From positions 310,001 to 374,000 of the forward strand of contig SMSO01000033.1 of NCBI GenBank assembly GCA_004764695.1: DNA of 64,000 bases, read 5' to 3'. The notes below the pieces were generated by a model. That model had not been told where the DNA came from. It saw only the letters and a list, made by a program, of their open reading frames with translations, and made no database searches. This DNA comes from Schizochytrium sp. TIO01 (lineage: Eukaryota; Protista; Bigyra: Labyrinthulomycetes). A program made the position numbers and the translations under genes. Shown here piece after piece: positions 63,125-64,000 of this stretch (position 1 is the stretch's first letter; every line of letters starts with the position of its first letter).

Positions 63125-64000
63125 CTATTGTGTGTTAGTCTCGACTGTGGCAAGAGGCTGCCTTGCCTCCTTGGACTTGCCCTCGATCTTCAGCTTTGCT
63201 TTTTGGCGCTGAGCATGGGCAATCGCAGTGAGATTTGCTGCACGCATAACCTTGGCCGGGTTGATGGTGATCGACTTAGTGGCGTCGTGCGTCTTATAGA
63301 TACCGACGAGGCGATCGGCAAGCTCAAACATATTGTTACGGAGAGAAATGACAATAAATTGAGCGTTGCGCGTACGCTCCTTAATATAGTTTCCAATGAT
63401 AGAAACATTCTTGAAATCAAGGGCAGCATCAATTTCGTCCATCACGTACAAGGGTGTCGGCTTGTAGTGATGAAGCGCAAACACTAGTGCCAGTGAACTA
63501 AGTGTTTTTTCACCACCACTGAGGTTGGCAGTCACCTTCCAAGACTTTTTGGGAGGTCGAACACTGAGCACGAGACCTTCGGAGAATGGGTCGCAGCTGT
63601 CTACGAGCTCAAGTTCGGCGTCACCACCAAGAGTGATCATTTGATACATTTCCTTGAGCTTAAGCGTAATTTGTGAAAATCCAGCCATGAACTCAGTAAG
63701 ACGCTTCTTACGAAGCACCTCACAAGCCTCACGCGCGGAGTCGCGTTCCTGTGTAGCAGAGTCGAGATCCTGAATACGGCTCTTGTACTCGGCATCGCGG
63801 GCACGGTACTCCTCGATCGCGCTAAGGTTGACAACCTTTTTCAGTTTGGCCACCTCGCTATCGAGAGTGTCAATTTCAGCATTGAGCAAGTTCAGATCTA
63901 GTTCAGCAAGTTGTTCGTCAGTGAGGTTCTGCAGAGACATCACCGGACCACTACGTCTGCGGTTCTTAGCACTAGATGTGGCCTTCTTAGACTCTTGTTC
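63125..64000 (-). CDS. SMC4: Condensin subunit SMC4, 3' part (runs off the window edge)
   Basis: LKEMYQMITLGGDAELELVDS.DPFSEG..SVRPPKKSW, LSGGEKTLSSLALVFALHHYKPTPLYVMDEIDAALD. The frame stays open to 64000. Confidence 0.97.
   Translation of the reverse strand, partial: EQESKKATSSAKNRRRSGPVMSLQNLTDEQLAELDLNLLNAEIDTLDSEVAKLKKVVNLSAIEEYRARDAEYKSRIQDLDSATQERDSAREACEVLRKKRLTEFMAGFSQITLKLKEMYQMITLGGDAELELVDSCDPFSEGLVLSVRPPKKSWKVTANLSGGEKTLSSLALVFALHHYKPTPLYVMDEIDAALDFKNVSIIGNYIKERTRNAQFIVISLRNNMFELADRLVGIYKTHDATKSITINPAKVMRAANLTAIAHAQRQKAKLKIEGKSKEARQPLATVETNTQ

Overview
Eukaryotic nuclear DNA: intron-poor genes, short GT-AG introns and abundant tetranucleotide microsatellites. A stramenopile-like beta-tubulin suggests a heterotrophic stramenopile, possibly a thraustochytrid/labyrinthulomycete (inference). 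Two gene-dense flanks surround a ~31-kb gene-poor core. Left flank (0.5-14.6 kb): 4CL-like acyl-CoA ligase, family II (DHH) pyrophosphatase with an N-terminal membrane/signal segment, SPIRAL1-like protein, TTLL5-like glutamylase, beta-tubulin ending in EEY, HIRIP3-like histone chaperone. Right flank (45.9-64 kb): acidic SIM-bearing orphan, coiled-coil protein, PPIL4, kinesin-5 with a C-terminal SAP domain, Kv channel, RPT1, 3' part of SMC4. The core holds only two credible genes, which converge. One is a small FCS/FLZ-like zinc-finger protein preceded by ~1.76 kb with no ATG. The other is a polyQ/H protein fused to an apparently catalytically dead Crinkler-type REase + kinase module. A decayed dispersed repeat is shared between ~32.5-32.7 kb and ~56.3-56.5 kb.
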